Shown here piece by piece: positions 1 to 10,405 of a stretch of DNA of 64,000 nucleotides. Under the pieces are notes generated by a model. It was not told the origin of the DNA, made no database searches, and saw only the letters and a program-made list of their open reading frames with translations. Each line of letters begins with the position of its first letter. Positions within the stretch are counted from its first letter, which is position 1. This DNA is from an uncultured Thermoleophilia bacterium. Its GTDB lineage: Bacteria > Actinomycetota > Thermoleophilia > UBA2241. The stretch spans positions 192,001 through 256,000 of the forward strand of contig CAVPCT010000003.1 in assembly GCA_963702475.1 (NCBI GenBank). The letters are read 5' to 3'. The position numbers and the translations under genes are program-made.

Positions 1-2
1 AC

Positions 3-2441
3 GCACGTTCGCCGCGGACGGGGCGGCTGCTCTTCGCCAGCGAGATCAAGGCCCTGCTGCAGGATCCCGAGCTGGTGCCGCAGCCAGACGACCAGCTCCT
101 GTTCGAGTACCTGCAGCACGGCTTTCACGACCATCGCGCCGAGACGTTCTTTCGCGGCGTGTATCACGTGCCGGCGGCCACGTGGATGGAGCTGCCCCTC
201 GACGGCGCGGCCGGCGGCGCGCCGGACGAACGGGCCGCTGCGTCCGCGGAGGTGCCGGGCGGCGCCGGCGGCGAAGCCGCTCCGGCGCAGGCCTCCACCA
301 CCCCGGGCCCGCTCACGTCGCCGCTGCCGAGCACGGCCTACTGGACGCCGGTGCTGGGCACCGACGGTGCCGGCGACCCGGCCGATTTCCGGCGCCGCTT
401 TCGCGAGAGCGTCGAGCGGCGCCTCGTCTCCGAGGTGCCGGTGGGCTCGTGCCTCTCCGGCGGTCTGGACTCCACCACCATCGTCAGCTTCATGAGCGAG
501 CTGCTGCAGGAGGACGTGCCCGACGCGGCGTCGCTGCGCGGGCAGCTCAAGACCTTCAGCGCCGTGTTCGACGGCGACCCCATCGACGAGCGCGAGTACA
601 TCGAGACGGCTGTGGAGAGCACCGGCGCCGACACCACGTACACCAATCCCACCTCGCACGAGTTCATCGGCGAATTACGCGAGTTCGTCTGGCACCAGGA
701 GGAGCCGATCGTCAGCACCGGCCCGTACGCGCAGTGGTGTGTGATGCGCAGCGCGCGCGAGCAGGTCACGGTGCTGCTGGACGGCCAGGGCGGCGACGAA
801 CTGCTGGCCGGCTACGTGCCGTACCAGCTCGTCTACCTGCGCCAGCTGCGGCGCGAGGCCGAGTACGGCAAGCTGCGCGACGAAGCCCTGGACGCGCGCG
901 ACGTGCTCTGGCCGCTGGCCAAGAGGCGCATCGGCCAGCGGCGCAAGCGTCTGCGGGTCCGGCGCCTGCTGCGCCCGTCGTTTCTCGCGCGCGTCAGCGA
1001 CCCCGGGTACGGGCGCTCCCAGGACGACCTCAAGGAGCGCCTGCTCCAGGACCTGCTCACCTACAGCCTTCCGTGTCTGCTGCGCTACGAAGACCGCAAC
1101 TCCATGGCGTTCAGCATCGAGAGCCGCGTGCCGTATCTGGACCAGGAGCTGGTGGACCACATCCTCAGCCTGCCCGAGGACGCCATCATCCGCGATGGCT
1201 GGAGCCGCTGGATCCTGCGCGCGGCGCTCAAGGGCACGCTGCCGGAGAGGATCCGTCTGCGGCGCTGGAAGGTCGGGTTCACCACGCCGGAGATGCGCTG
1301 GATCAAGGCGCGTCGTGCCGCCTTCACCAGCCTGTACCAGTCGCCCTCGTTCCAGGCGCGTCCGTACTGGGACGGCGCCGCCGTGGTCGCCGCGTTCCGC
1401 GCCTGCTGCCGCGGTGAGGTCGAGGAGAGCATGCTGTTCTGGCGCGCGGCCAACGTCGAGCTGTGGCTGCGCGAGTTCGTGGACCGCAGCGCTGTGCTGG
1501 AGGACGCCGATGTGGAGGCGGCGCTCACGGCGCCGGCCGCTGTGGGGCCGCGCTCTCGCGGCTCCCTGGCCGAGGCCGGTGACGCGCGCGTGCCGGCGCT
1601 GCTGGCGGCGGCCGCGGGCCCGCAGGGCCCCGCCGCGGCCGCCGAGGCGCAGCGCCTGCTCGCTGAGTTCGCGCCCAACGAGGAGAAGCACCTGTTCGGC
1701 GCGCTGGACGGCAGCGTCTGGGCGCGCCTGCCGCTCCGCACCGAACTTGTGAAGCGCGGCGACGACCTGGACGACCTGCTGCGTCGCCAGGTGCTGCCGC
1801 ATGTGCGGCCCGGCGACATCGTGGTGATGGCCGAGAAGCCCATCGCCGCCAGCCAGGGCCGCAGCTACGCGCTCGACGAGATCAAGCCGACGGCGCTCGC
1901 GAAGCTGCTCAGCCGGTCGGTGACCAAGACGCCGCACGGCATCGGACTGGGTATCCCCGAGACCATGCAGCTGGCCATCGACGAGGCCGGCGCTCCGCGC
2001 ATCGTCGCCGCCGCGGCCGTGTCGGCCGCCGGCAAGGCCGTCGGCAGGCGCGGCCTTTTCTACAAGGTCGCCGGCGCCGACGTGGAGGCCATCGACGGCC
2101 CCACCTGGAACACGCTGCCGCCACACAACACGCACGCCAAGCTCGGCCCCAAGGACCCGGACGGCGTTGCCGGCCATCTTGCCGCGCTGCTGTCCAATGC
2201 CGTCCACGGCCGTGTGGACTTCGTCGTCATCGACGCCAACGACCTGACGGCGACGGTGCTCGGCGCCTCCCCCGGCACCGACCGCGAGCTCGCGCGGACG
2301 TTGATGCGCGACAATCCGCTCGGCCAGGGCCACGAGCAGACGCCGGTGTGCGTGCTGCGCCCGCTCGGCCCACTGACCGCCGCAGGCGAGTCGACGAGCG
2401 GCGCCTCGCAGGCGCACCGCCCACCGCCCCCGCAGAGCTGA
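3..2441 (+). CDS. asnB: Asparagine synthase (glutamine-hydrolysing) fused to a C-terminal F420-0:gamma-glutamyl ligase-like domain; 5' end lies outside the window
   Basis: The frame is open from base 3 (LLFASEIKALL). AsnB motifs CLSGGLDS, LDGQGGDE, EDRNSMAFSIESRVPYLD. The C-terminal ~230 aa (RLPLRTELVKRGDDL..GDIVVMAEKPIAASQGR..IDG..NPLGQGHEQTP) resembles the F420_ligase family. Confidence 0.88.
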   Translation, partial: ARSPRTGRLLFASEIKALLQDPELVPQPDDQLLFEYLQHGFHDHRAETFFRGVYHVPAATWMELPLDGAAGGAPDERAAASAEVPGGAGGEAAPAQASTTPGPLTSPLPSTAYWTPVLGTDGAGDPADFRRRFRESVERRLVSEVPVGSCLSGGLDSTTIVSFMSELLQEDVPDAASLRGQLKTFSAVFDGDPIDEREYIETAVESTGADTTYTNPTSHEFIGELREFVWHQEEPIVSTGPYAQWCVMRSAREQVTVLLDGQGGDELLAGYVPYQLVYLRQLRREAEYGKLRDEALDARDVLWPLAKRRIGQRRKRLRVRRLLRPSFLARVSDPGYGRSQDDLKERLLQDLLTYSLPCLLRYEDRNSMAFSIESRVPYLDQELVDHILSLPEDAIIRDGWSRWILRAALKGTLPERIRLRRWKVGFTTPEMRWIKARRAAFTSLYQSPSFQARPYWDGAAVVAAFRACCRGEVEESMLFWRAANVELWLREFVDRSAVLEDADVEAALTAPAAVGPRSRGSLAEAGDARVPALLAAAAGPQGPAAAAEAQRLLAEFAPNEEKHLFGALDGSVWARLPLRTELVKRGDDLDDLLRRQVLPHVRPGDIVVMAEKPIAASQGRSYALDEIKPTALAKLLSRSVTKTPHGIGLGIPETMQLAIDEAGAPRIVAAAAVSAAGKAVGRRGLFYKVAGADVEAIDGPTWNTLPPHNTHAKLGPKDPDGVAGHLAALLSNAVHGRVDFVVIDANDLTATVLGASPGTDRELARTLMRDNPLGQGHEQTPVCVLRPLGPLTAAGESTSGASQAHRPPPPQS

Positions 2442-3525
2442 CGGCCGCACGCACGGTCGGCCGCAGAGGGCGCCCGACGGGCGTCAGCCGGCCGTGTCGC
2501 CCGCAGAGCCGCCAGAAGTGGTACCGGTTTTGGCCGGAGAGGGCGTCCCACGCCATGATGTCCGAGATGGCGAACGTCTCGAGCAGCACGCCTTCCTTGG
2601 CGGAGCTCACAGCCGACCGCCAGTCGCTCACGTTGGCGGCCCATGCCACGGCTCCGCTGTCGACTGCGAAGACGCGCGGCGACTTGACGAGCCGCTTGCC
2701 GACGTTGATGAAGAACGGCTGCAACAGCCGGATCTGGTACGCGACCTGCAGGAGGCTGAGGTAGCGATCGGTCGTCGAGTAGGAGAGGCCGGCGTGGGAG
2801 GCCAGATCGCTCTTGTTGAGAAGTCCGCCGCTGCGGAGCAGGGCAAGGGTCATCAGACGTCCGAACTCGGGCACGGAGGCGATCTCCGAGAGCTGACGCA
2901 GGTCGCGCTCGAGGAACGTCACGCGGTAGCCGTCGTACCAGGCGCGGCGTCTGGGCAGGTCGAGCCCGAGCGTGGCCGGCCTGCCGCCGGCCAGTGCGAG
3001 CTCCCGAGCCGCTTTGGCTGCCTCGGGTGCCGCCGCCGGGAGCACCTGCAGGTACTCCGCGGCGTTCGCGGCCGCGAGCGCCTGGTCGATGGTCGTCGGC
3101 CGCGGCACCCCGATGGACTCCGACCACGAGAGCGGCAGCAGCTCGAGATAGCCTGCGCGTCCGGCCAGGGATTCACTGACGGTGCGCATGCGGAGCAGGT
3201 TCGCGGAGCCGGTGAGGAGAAAGCGCCCGGGACGCTGATCCCGATCCACGGTGAGCTTGACCGCGCGCAGCAGATCGGGCGCGCGCTGCACCTCGTCGAT
3301 CACGGTCAGTCCCTCGGCGCCGGCCACCAGGCCGTCCGGGTCCGAGAGCGCGGCCGCGAGTGTGGCAGGTTCGTCGAGCGTCAGGTAGGTGCCGCCCACG
3401 CGGTCGAGGACCTGCCGCGCGAGCGTGGACTTGCCCACCTGCCTGGCGCCGGTGACGACGACAGCGCGCATGAAGCCGAGCTGCCACAGCACTGTATCGG
3501 TCGCATGCCGGGCCAGCGTCTTCAC
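2227..3525 (-). pseudogene. AAA_14/DUF4143 ATP-binding protein, C-terminally truncated
   Basis: Walker A GARQVGKST, IDEVQR, LLTGSAN, ESLAGR, KRLVKSPR. Homology stops at YHFWR (~2510), where xxxEVD is expected, and the ORF runs on antisense into asnB. Confidence 0.75.
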
Positions 3526-3533
3526 TGCATGTT

Positions 3534-3556
3534 ATTTCACCACATAATGGTGAAAT
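3534..3556. promoter_or_regulatory. Perfect 9-bp inverted repeat (operator-like) just upstream of the AAA_14 gene
   Basis: ATTTCACCA-cataa-TGGTGAAAT, AT-rich in a GC-rich context. Confidence 0.6.
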
Positions 3557-3666
3557 TGCAGGCATGACTCAGGCTTGGACGGGCGGCGGGCACGTGCCCT
3601 AGTGACCGCCGCCCGCCCGTCGTGTATAACGAGGCTCGGCGTCGAGGCGGACGGGAGGAGCGGCCG

Positions 3667-4613
3667 GTGAGCATCGTCGCGGTCCACGACTTGAAGAAGC
3701 AGTACGACCCGCCCAAGGGTGTGGTGGCGGTGGACGGCGTCAGCTTCGACATCGCCGAGGGCGAGATCTTACAGCCTGCTGGGTCCCAACGGCGCCGGCA
3801 AGAGCACCACCATCTCCATGCTCTCCTGTCTCCTGCGGCCCAGCGGGGGGGACGCGACCGTCGCCGGGCACTCGGTCACGAGCGACGCGCGGGCGGTCAA
3901 GGAGCTCATCGGCGTCGTGCCCCAGGACATAGCCCTGTACCCGGACATGAGCGCCCGCGAGAACCTGGTGTTCTGGGGCAAGATGTACGGCCTCTCAGGG
4001 GCTGCGCTGCAGGCGCGCGTGGACGAGGTCCTCGAGCTCATCACGCTCACGGACCGGCAGAAGGACCGCGTGGAGAAGTACTCCGGCGGAATGAAACGGC
4101 GCGTGAACATCGGCGTGGCGCTGCTGCACAAGCCCAAGGTCCTGTACCTCGACGAGCCCACGGTCGGCATCGACCCGCAGAGCCGGCGCGTCGATCCTGG
4201 ACGGCATCCTGGCGCTGCGCGACCAGGGCATGACGATCCTCTACACCACCCACTACATGGCCGAGGCGCAGGAGCTCAGCGACCGCGTGGGCATCGTGGA
4301 CCACGGCAGGATGATCGCCACAGGCACGCACGAGGAACTCGTGCGGATCGTCGGCGAGGAGGCGCACGTGGACGTGCGCGTGGACCACTGCCTCGAGGGC
4401 ATGCTGGAGCGCTGGAGGCAGGTGGCCGGGGTCACCGACGCCTCGCTGGACGAGGATCACGGCGTCCTGCTGGTGCAGGACGCGAACGAGGTGCTGCCGC
4501 GGCTCTTCGAGGCCGCCGCTGCAGGCGGCTGCCGCATCACCGAGATCAACGTCACCGAGCCCAACCTCGAGATGGTGTTCCTGCATCTCACCGGTCGGGC
4601 GTTGCGTGAATGA
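3667..4613 (+). CDS. ABC-2 exporter ATP-binding subunit (two frameshifts, near 3770 and 4190)
   Basis: Pieces in three frames: AVDGVSF / LLGPNGAGKST..YSGGMKRR..LDEPTVGIDPQSR / TILYTTHYMAEA. Confidence 0.85.
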
Positions 4614-4631
4614 CCGTCGGCTCGGCCTGAC

Positions 4632-5880
4632 GTGAGACGCATCCTCGCCATCGCCCTCAAGGACCTGCGGAGCACGTTCCGCAACGTGCCCGCGCTCGCG
4701 ATGATGCTGGCGGCCCCGCTCGCGCTGTCGGCTCTGCTCGGCTTCGCCTTCGGTGGCGGCGGCAACTTCTCGATCACCGCCACCAAGGTCGCCGTGGTCA
4801 ACCTGGACACCGCGCCGTCGTCGACGCAGGCGGACATCGGCGGCACCATCGTCGACATCCTCAAGAGCCCGGGACTCAAGGACATCCTCACGGTGACGGA
4901 GAGGCAGTCGGCGGAGGCGGCCCGCGCCGGCGTGGACGACGGCGAGGACGTGGTGGCCGTCATCATCCCGCCCGACCTGACTGCGGCCATCTTCAACCCG
5001 AGCCCCGCCGCCGCGGCCGTCGAGCTGTACCAGGACCCGACGCAGGGTATAGGCCCCGCCATTACCGAGAGCGTGGTCGACCAGGCGCTGCTCACGTTCA
5101 ACGGAGCGCGCGCCGCGGCCGTGGCGGCGCAAGGCGTGGCCACGGCCAGCGGCGACGGCGACGGGGCGGGTGCGGCTGCGCAGAAGGCCGCGGCCGCCTT
5201 CATCCACGGTCAGGAGGGTGGCTCCAGCGGCTTGGACGTCGTCATGCGCCCGCCCGAGCTGCGCGGGGGCGAGGCGTCCAAGGACATCGGGGTCATCGGC
5301 CTCGTCCTCGCCGGCATGATGGTCTTCTTCATGTTCTTCGGGGCCTCGAACGTGGCCCGTACGATCATGACCGAGGAGCGTGACGGCACGTTGCCGCGGA
5401 TGTTCACCACGCCCTCGTCCAGGCAGGTGATCCTGGGCGGCAAGTTCGCCTCCACGTTCTTCACGGTGCTGGCCCAGGCGGTGATCCTGATCGTCTGTGG
5501 GCGCCTGTTCTTCGGTATCGACTGGGGCGCCCTGGATGCCGTCAGCCTCCTCATCCTGGTGGCCGCGGCCGTGGCCTCCAGCCTCGGCCTGCTGCTCGTC
5601 TCCCTGGTGCGCACGCCGGCCCAGGCCGGCGGCATCTCGGCCGGCGTCTTCCTCGTCCTCGCGCTGCTGGGCGGCAACTTCACCGGTACGGCGCAGAGCG
5701 GTACAACGTACGCCGTCGTTCAGCGGTTCACCCCCAACGGCTGGCTGCTGGTCGGCCTCAACGAGACGTTGCGCGGGGGCGGCCTTGGCGACGTGGTCCT
5801 CCCGCTCGTCGTGTCCCTCGCCTTCGCGGTGGTGTTCTTCAGCCGTAGCCGTGCTCAGGTTCAGGAGGCGGTACGCGTGA
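4632..5880 (+). CDS. ABC-2 exporter permease (probable frameshift near 5840)
   Basis: IALKDL N-terminus, extracytoplasmic loop, EERDGTLPR motif, six TM helices. The natural end AVAVLRFRRRYA lies in a shifted frame. Confidence 0.85.
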
Positions 5881-5887
5881 GGCGGCG

Positions 5888-7090
5888 ATGAACCGGGTCT
5901 GGACACTCGCTCGCAAGGACCTGCTGGAGACCCGGCGGGACCGCTTGGCCCTGCTCTTCACGCTGATCATGCCGCTGGCCTTCACGGCCTTCTTCGGCAT
6001 CATGTTCGGCGGAGGCAGCGACAGGCTGCCGCTGGCCGTGTGGAGCGGCGACGCCGGGCCTGCGGCCAAGCAGCTCATCGAGGCCGTGCAGGACGACGAC
6101 GTGCTCAGAGCGCACGCCATGGGCCGGGCCGAGGCGGAGCAGGCCGTGGCCGACAACGAGGTGGCGGCAGCTCTCGAGATCCCGGCCGGCTTCAGCGACG
6201 ACGTGGCCGCCGGCCGGCCGGCTACCGTGACCGTGGTCGGGGTATCCGGGTCCACAGGCGTGCAGACGGCGAGGACCGAGATCGCCGCTCTCGCCGGCCG
6301 CGTCGTGGCCGCCGAACAGGCCGCGCAGGCGGCCGTGGACGCGGCCGGCACCGGCGCCGCGCAGGGTGACGCCACCCCGGAGCAGTTGCGCGAGGCGGCA
6401 CTGCTGATGGCGCGGCCACTGGCGGCGCAGGCCCTCGCGCACCCCGCCGCGACCATCAAGGTCGTCGAGGCCGGCGCCGCCGCCGGTCAGATCCCCACGG
6501 GCTTCGACCTCAGCTCGCCGGGCATGATCGTCAACTTCATCCTGTTCAGCCTGATGACGGCCGGCATCGCGCTCGTCGAGGAACGCAAGAACTTCACCCT
6601 CCAGCGCCTCATGACCACGCACCTGCGGCGCTCGGAGCTCATCGGCGGCAAGGTCGTCGGCATGTTCCTGCTCACCTTCGTGCAGCAGATCATCCTGATC
6701 GCCGCCGGGCAGTTCCTCTTCGGCGTCGACTATCTGCGCGATCCCGCCGCGCTGCTGCTGATGATGGTCGCGCTCTCGTGCTTCGCCGCGACCCTCGGAC
6801 TGCTGATCGCGGCCGTCCTCAAGTCGGAGCAGGCGCTCATCGCCACCGTGGTGCTCACCTCGATGGCAGTGGCGTCGCTCTCCGGCGCCTGGTTCCCGCT
6901 CGAGATCACCGGCGAGACGTTCCAGTTCGTCGGGCACCTGCTGCCCACCGCGTGGATCCTCGACGGGATGCGCGGCATCGTGATGCGTGGCTTCGGCGTC
7001 GCCGATGTCGCGCCTGCGTTCGGCTACGGCCTCGCCTGGGCGGCAGGCCTGTTCGCCGTCGCGATCTGGCGGTTCAGGCTGACGGAGTGA
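5888..7090 (+). CDS. ABC-2 exporter permease
   Basis: LARKDL, EERKNFTLQRL, GAWFP..LPTAW motifs. Confidence 0.9.
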   Translation: MNRVWTLARKDLLETRRDRLALLFTLIMPLAFTAFFGIMFGGGSDRLPLAVWSGDAGPAAKQLIEAVQDDDVLRAHAMGRAEAEQAVADNEVAAALEIPAGFSDDVAAGRPATVTVVGVSGSTGVQTARTEIAALAGRVVAAEQAAQAAVDAAGTGAAQGDATPEQLREAALLMARPLAAQALAHPAATIKVVEAGAAAGQIPTGFDLSSPGMIVNFILFSLMTAGIALVEERKNFTLQRLMTTHLRRSELIGGKVVGMFLLTFVQQIILIAAGQFLFGVDYLRDPAALLLMMVALSCFAATLGLLIAAVLKSEQALIATVVLTSMAVASLSGAWFPLEITGETFQFVGHLLPTAWILDGMRGIVMRGFGVADVAPAFGYGLAWAAGLFAVAIWRFRLTE

Positions 7091-7104
7091 GGCTTCGGCG
7101 GCGG

Positions 7105-7166
7105 CCGCGCGGGCGCCGCGTCCGACCCGCGGCTCCGGACAGGCGCGGGTCGCGGATCGCGCGGTC
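7105..7166. terminator. GC hairpin between convergent genes
   Basis: GACCCGCG...CGCGGGTC core stem with extended imperfect pairing. Confidence 0.45.
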
Positions 7167-7169
7167 CCC

Positions 7170-8477
7170 TCAGACCCCGCAGAAACGGATGGCGATGAGC
7201 GCCATCGCGCAGGCGTGGTCGACGAGGTCCTGCACCGGGACGTACTCGTTCTCGCGGTGGGCCGACTCGAAGCCCCCGGGCCCGAACGACACGGTCGGCG
7301 TGCCGAAGCGCGTGAACGTGGCGGCGTCGTGCCAGGAGTCCAGCGCCGAGATGCGGCCCTCGCGGCCGAGCTCGGCGGCCGACGCCAGGGCCAGCCGCAC
7401 GATCTCGTGGTCGAGAGGGACCTCGGCCGGGGCCGTCTCTGCGATGAACGCGACCGTCACGGGGTGCTCGGCGAGCCACGGGTCGGACGCGGCCGCGGCC
7501 TGCAGCCGGGCCGCGATCTCCTCCCGCACTCCCTTGCCGTAGCCCTCAGGGTCCAGCCGCGCGGGCAGGTACTGCGCGTCGCACGTGATCACGCACGAGT
7601 CCGGGTAGGTGACCATCCACTCGCCGGCGTGCATCATGGTCGGCACGATGTCGGGCGGCGCCAGCAGGGGGTGCTGCCCGTCGTCCCGTGCGCGCCAGTC
7701 CTCGCGCAGGCGGCGGATGCCGTCGAGGACGATGCCGGCCTTCTCGATGGCGTTGACGGCGCCGCCCTCGCGCCACCCCGGCTGCGGCATCTCCGCGTGG
7801 CCGGTGCGGCCGGGCACGGTGATGCGCACGTTCTGGGTGCCGCGGCAGGCGGCCCACACGTCGAACCCCGTGGGCTCGCCGGTGATCCCGGCGTCGGCCG
7901 CCACGCCGTGCTCGGCTACGCGGATGCCGCCGGCGCCGCTCGACTCTTCGTCGGTGTTCGTGGCCACCAGCACGTCGCCGTGCAAGCGGACACCCTCAGC
8001 GCGCAGGCACTCGAGCACGTGCACGAACACCGCGATGGCGCCTTTCATGTCGTTGCTGCCGCGTCCGTACAGGCGGCCGTCACGCACGACGGCCTTCAGT
8101 GGGTGGCTCTGCCAGCGCTCGAGGTCGCCGTAGGGTACGGCGTCGATGTGACCGTTCAGCAGCAACGCCCGCCCGCCACCTGCACCCCTCAGGCGCGCGG
8201 CCAGCTGCGGGCGTCCGGCGAAGTCGAGGTCGTACGGGATGACTGGCGACTGTCCTGCGACGAACGGCTCGGGCTCCCACACCTCGACCTCGGCTCCGAG
8301 GTTCCGCAGCCGCGCGGCGAGGATGCCCTGCAGCTTGGCCTCGTCCCTCGCCGGCTCGCCGGCCTCCCTGGCCGTGGTGTCACAGGCGACGAGCTCGCCC
8401 AGCAACCCGATCAGCTCGTCGCGTCCCGCCCCCACGCGCTCGAGCACCCGCTCTTCGATCCGCGTCGCCTCGGTCAT
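7170..8477 (-). CDS. ArgE/DapE-family M20 metallo-deacylase
   Basis: LNGHIDAV, GRGSNDMKG, DEE, GEPT, AHRENE. Confidence 0.92.
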   Translation of the reverse strand: MTEATRIEERVLERVGAGRDELIGLLGELVACDTTAREAGEPARDEAKLQGILAARLRNLGAEVEVWEPEPFVAGQSPVIPYDLDFAGRPQLAARLRGAGGGRALLLNGHIDAVPYGDLERWQSHPLKAVVRDGRLYGRGSNDMKGAIAVFVHVLECLRAEGVRLHGDVLVATNTDEESSGAGGIRVAEHGVAADAGITGEPTGFDVWAACRGTQNVRITVPGRTGHAEMPQPGWREGGAVNAIEKAGIVLDGIRRLREDWRARDDGQHPLLAPPDIVPTMMHAGEWMVTYPDSCVITCDAQYLPARLDPEGYGKGVREEIAARLQAAAASDPWLAEHPVTVAFIAETAPAEVPLDHEIVRLALASAAELGREGRISALDSWHDAATFTRFGTPTVSFGPGGFESAHRENEYVPVQDLVDHACAMALIAIRFCGV

Positions 8478-8506
8478 CTGCTCCTCCGGACGTCCCTGTC
8501 TCTGAC

Positions 8507-8645
8507 TCAATCCGTCTCGCTGAGGCCGTACATGTCACGCGCCTGCGCGGGGCTCACGTAGCCGTCGCGCACGTCGGCCTGCACCTCGCTCCGGGACCGG
8601 CGCCGCGGGTCGCCCCAGCCGCCGCCGCTGGAGCGCAGGGCGAAC
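8507..8645 (-). pseudogene. C-terminal remnant of hydantoinase B/oxoprolinase
   Basis: SGGGWGDPRRRSRSEVQADVRDGYVSPAQARDMYG matches the family C-terminal GGGxGDP..V..DV.DGYVS motif. The rest of the gene is absent. Confidence 0.7.
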
Positions 8646-8797
8646 GGGCGCCCGGGCCGCCGCCGCCTGCGGCGCCGCACGGGCGCGTCTCGTCCATCAT
8701 GTCCCGCCTGTGGCAGGAGTGCGATGATGCCCACGAACATCAAGGACCCGGTGACCTGGCCGCCCGCGGAGGCCCGACAATCAGCGGACACAGCCGC

Positions 8798-8826
8798 GGC
8801 CGGCCGCGCATCCCGCGCGGCCGGCC
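8798..8826. terminator. Perfect 12-bp hairpin downstream of the DUF6951-like gene
   Basis: GGCCGGCCGCGC-atccc-GCGCGGCCGGCC. Confidence 0.55.
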
Positions 8827-8850
8827 TCGGCCGTTGTCGCGATGGGTCGG

Positions 8851-9168
8851 CTACTCCGCGCTCGGCTTGATACTGGCGTCCTTGGCCACGGCGAGCTGCG
8901 CCTCGACCTCTATGGCCTTGATGATCCCCGACGGCACGGGGCAGGCCGGGTGCACGAGGTGCTGGGACGCCAGACGCAGCGTCTTGGGCCCCTCGCCGCG
9001 GTAGCTGATCTCCGTGTACGGGTCCACCTCTGTCAGCTCGTCGGCGAGGTTCTGGACGTAGTCACAGTCGGACTCGAACTCGAGTGTCACGCACCGCATG
9101 TCTTTCTGGGTGGCCTTGACGGTGGTGCAGTAGCCGCACACACCGCTGTCGATGGTCGAGGACGCCAT
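8851..9168 (-). CDS. Small Cys-containing protein, DUF6951-like
   Basis: GVCG..ESDC..HPACPVPSGIIKAIEVEA; GGGAGA RBS. Confidence 0.7.
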   Translation of the reverse strand: MASSTIDSGVCGYCTTVKATQKDMRCVTLEFESDCDYVQNLADELTEVDPYTEISYRGEGPKTLRLASQHLVHPACPVPSGIIKAIEVEAQLAVAKDASIKPSAE

Positions 9169-9205
9169 GTGATCTCCCTGTCAGCGCGTTGAAAACGTCT
9201 GGGCG

Positions 9206-9439
9206 ATGGTACCCGCGGTGTGGCAGACGCATGCGCGCGACGGAACTTGCGCGACTGCTGCGGGAAGCGAGCCTGTCCGCGAGTGGCTGCTTGAGCTGTC
9301 GCGTGAAGACCGACGTGCCGTCGGATTCGACATCAAGACGGCGCAGCACGGCTGGCCGATCGGGATGCCGCTCGTCCGAAGGCCCGAGTCAGGTCTGTGG
9401 GAGGTGCGCTCCCATCTCGAAGACGGCATCGCCCGCTGA
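9206..9439 (+). pseudogene. RelE/ParE (Gp49-like) toxin, truncated
   Basis: GSEPVREWL..DIKTAQHGWPIGMPLVR..GLWEVRS..IAR followed by a stop; the C-terminal LLHGFIKK part is missing. Confidence 0.75.
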
Positions 9440-9641
9440 AGCAGTCGCCGTCAAGTTCGTGATCGCTTCTCACATCGCCCGCGAAACGGAGCGTGGACAC
9501 ATCTCCCAGTCGAAGCTCGCTCGACGCATGACGACGAGTCGCTCCGCGGTAGAGCGTCTGCTGGAGCCGACGAACCCCTCAGTGACCCTGCAGACGCTGG
9601 AGCGAGCCGCGAGCGCAGTCGGCAAGAGGCTCAAGATCCAG
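9436..9641 (+). pseudogene. XRE/HTH antitoxin fragment lacking its N-terminus
   Basis: AEAVAVK..LARRMTTSRSAVERLL..SVTLQTLERAASAVGKRLKIQ, nearly identical to 10762-11046. Confidence 0.75.
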
Positions 9642-9784
9642 CACGAGGACCGTCGACTCTCGTCAGGGTTCAACGTCACCCGTCCGGCCCGCTTGTCACC
9701 GGTGCTTCTCGGGCGATTGCACGGTAGCTTCGTTCCCATCCCGTACAGCAGGAGTCCCAGCGGGTCTCGCCCCATGCGCCGGTG

Positions 9785-9809
9785 GGTAAGGTAGTAAGGC
9801 AACCTTACC
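9785..9809. promoter_or_regulatory. Inverted/direct repeat operator upstream of the AbrB/MazE antitoxin
   Basis: GGTAAGG-ta-GTAAGG-caa-CCTTACC. Confidence 0.55.
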
Positions 9810-9828
9810 AACCTCACGGAGGCGGACC

Positions 9829-10065
9829 ATGTCCACGCGAGCGGTGAGCAAGATGACGAGCAAGAACCAGATCACCGTGCCGGCGGCCGTCCGCCGGGCC
9901 CTCTGCCTCGAGAACGGCGAGTCGCTGGTGTTCGCGATCGGCGACGACGGCGTGGTGACGGTGAGCAAGGCAGTGCCGCTGGACGTTCCCTTCGCCGAGG
10001 CGCTGGGCCCCCTGCTTGCGGAGTGGGACTCCGACGAGGACGACGAGGCCTACCGTGACCTTTGA
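9829..10065 (+). CDS. AbrB/MazE-family antitoxin
   Basis: SKMTSKNQITVPAAVR, acidic tail EWDSDEDDEAY; overlaps the toxin start. Confidence 0.88.
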   Translation: MSTRAVSKMTSKNQITVPAAVRRALCLENGESLVFAIGDDGVVTVSKAVPLDVPFAEALGPLLAEWDSDEDDEAYRDL

Positions 10066-10405
10066 GCAGTGGGACGTGGTCGTGGTGCCGTTCCCGTTCA
10101 CAGACCGGGCTGTGGCACGCCGCCGGCCGGCGCTCGTCATTTCGCGGCCGGCGCCGCTCGGCCCCGTCGTAGGGCACAGCGTCCTCGCGATGATCACCAG
10201 CGCCGGCCACCGGCGCTGGCCTCTGGACGTGCCGCTGAGCGATCTGCGGAGTGCCGGGCTGCCCGCACCCTCCGTTGTGCGCATGAAGCTCTTCACGCTC
10301 GACGACCGCCTCGTGGAGCGCACGGCGGGGAAGCTGACGCCGGGCGATGCTCGGGCCGTGACCGAGTCCCTGGCCGAGGTGCTCGGACCGCTGCCCGGGG
10401 ATTGA
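10055..10405 (+). CDS. PemK/MazF-family toxin
   Basis: DVVVVPFPFTD..RRPALVIS..AMITS..GLPAPSVVR. Confidence 0.9.
   Translation: MTFEQWDVVVVPFPFTDRAVARRRPALVISRPAPLGPVVGHSVLAMITSAGHRRWPLDVPLSDLRSAGLPAPSVVRMKLFTLDDRLVERTAGKLTPGDARAVTESLAEVLGPLPGD

Noticed and set aside
3667-5891. Programmed frameshifting in the ABC exporter genes
   Set aside because: There are no slippery sites, and the pattern matches the scattered indels seen across the window.
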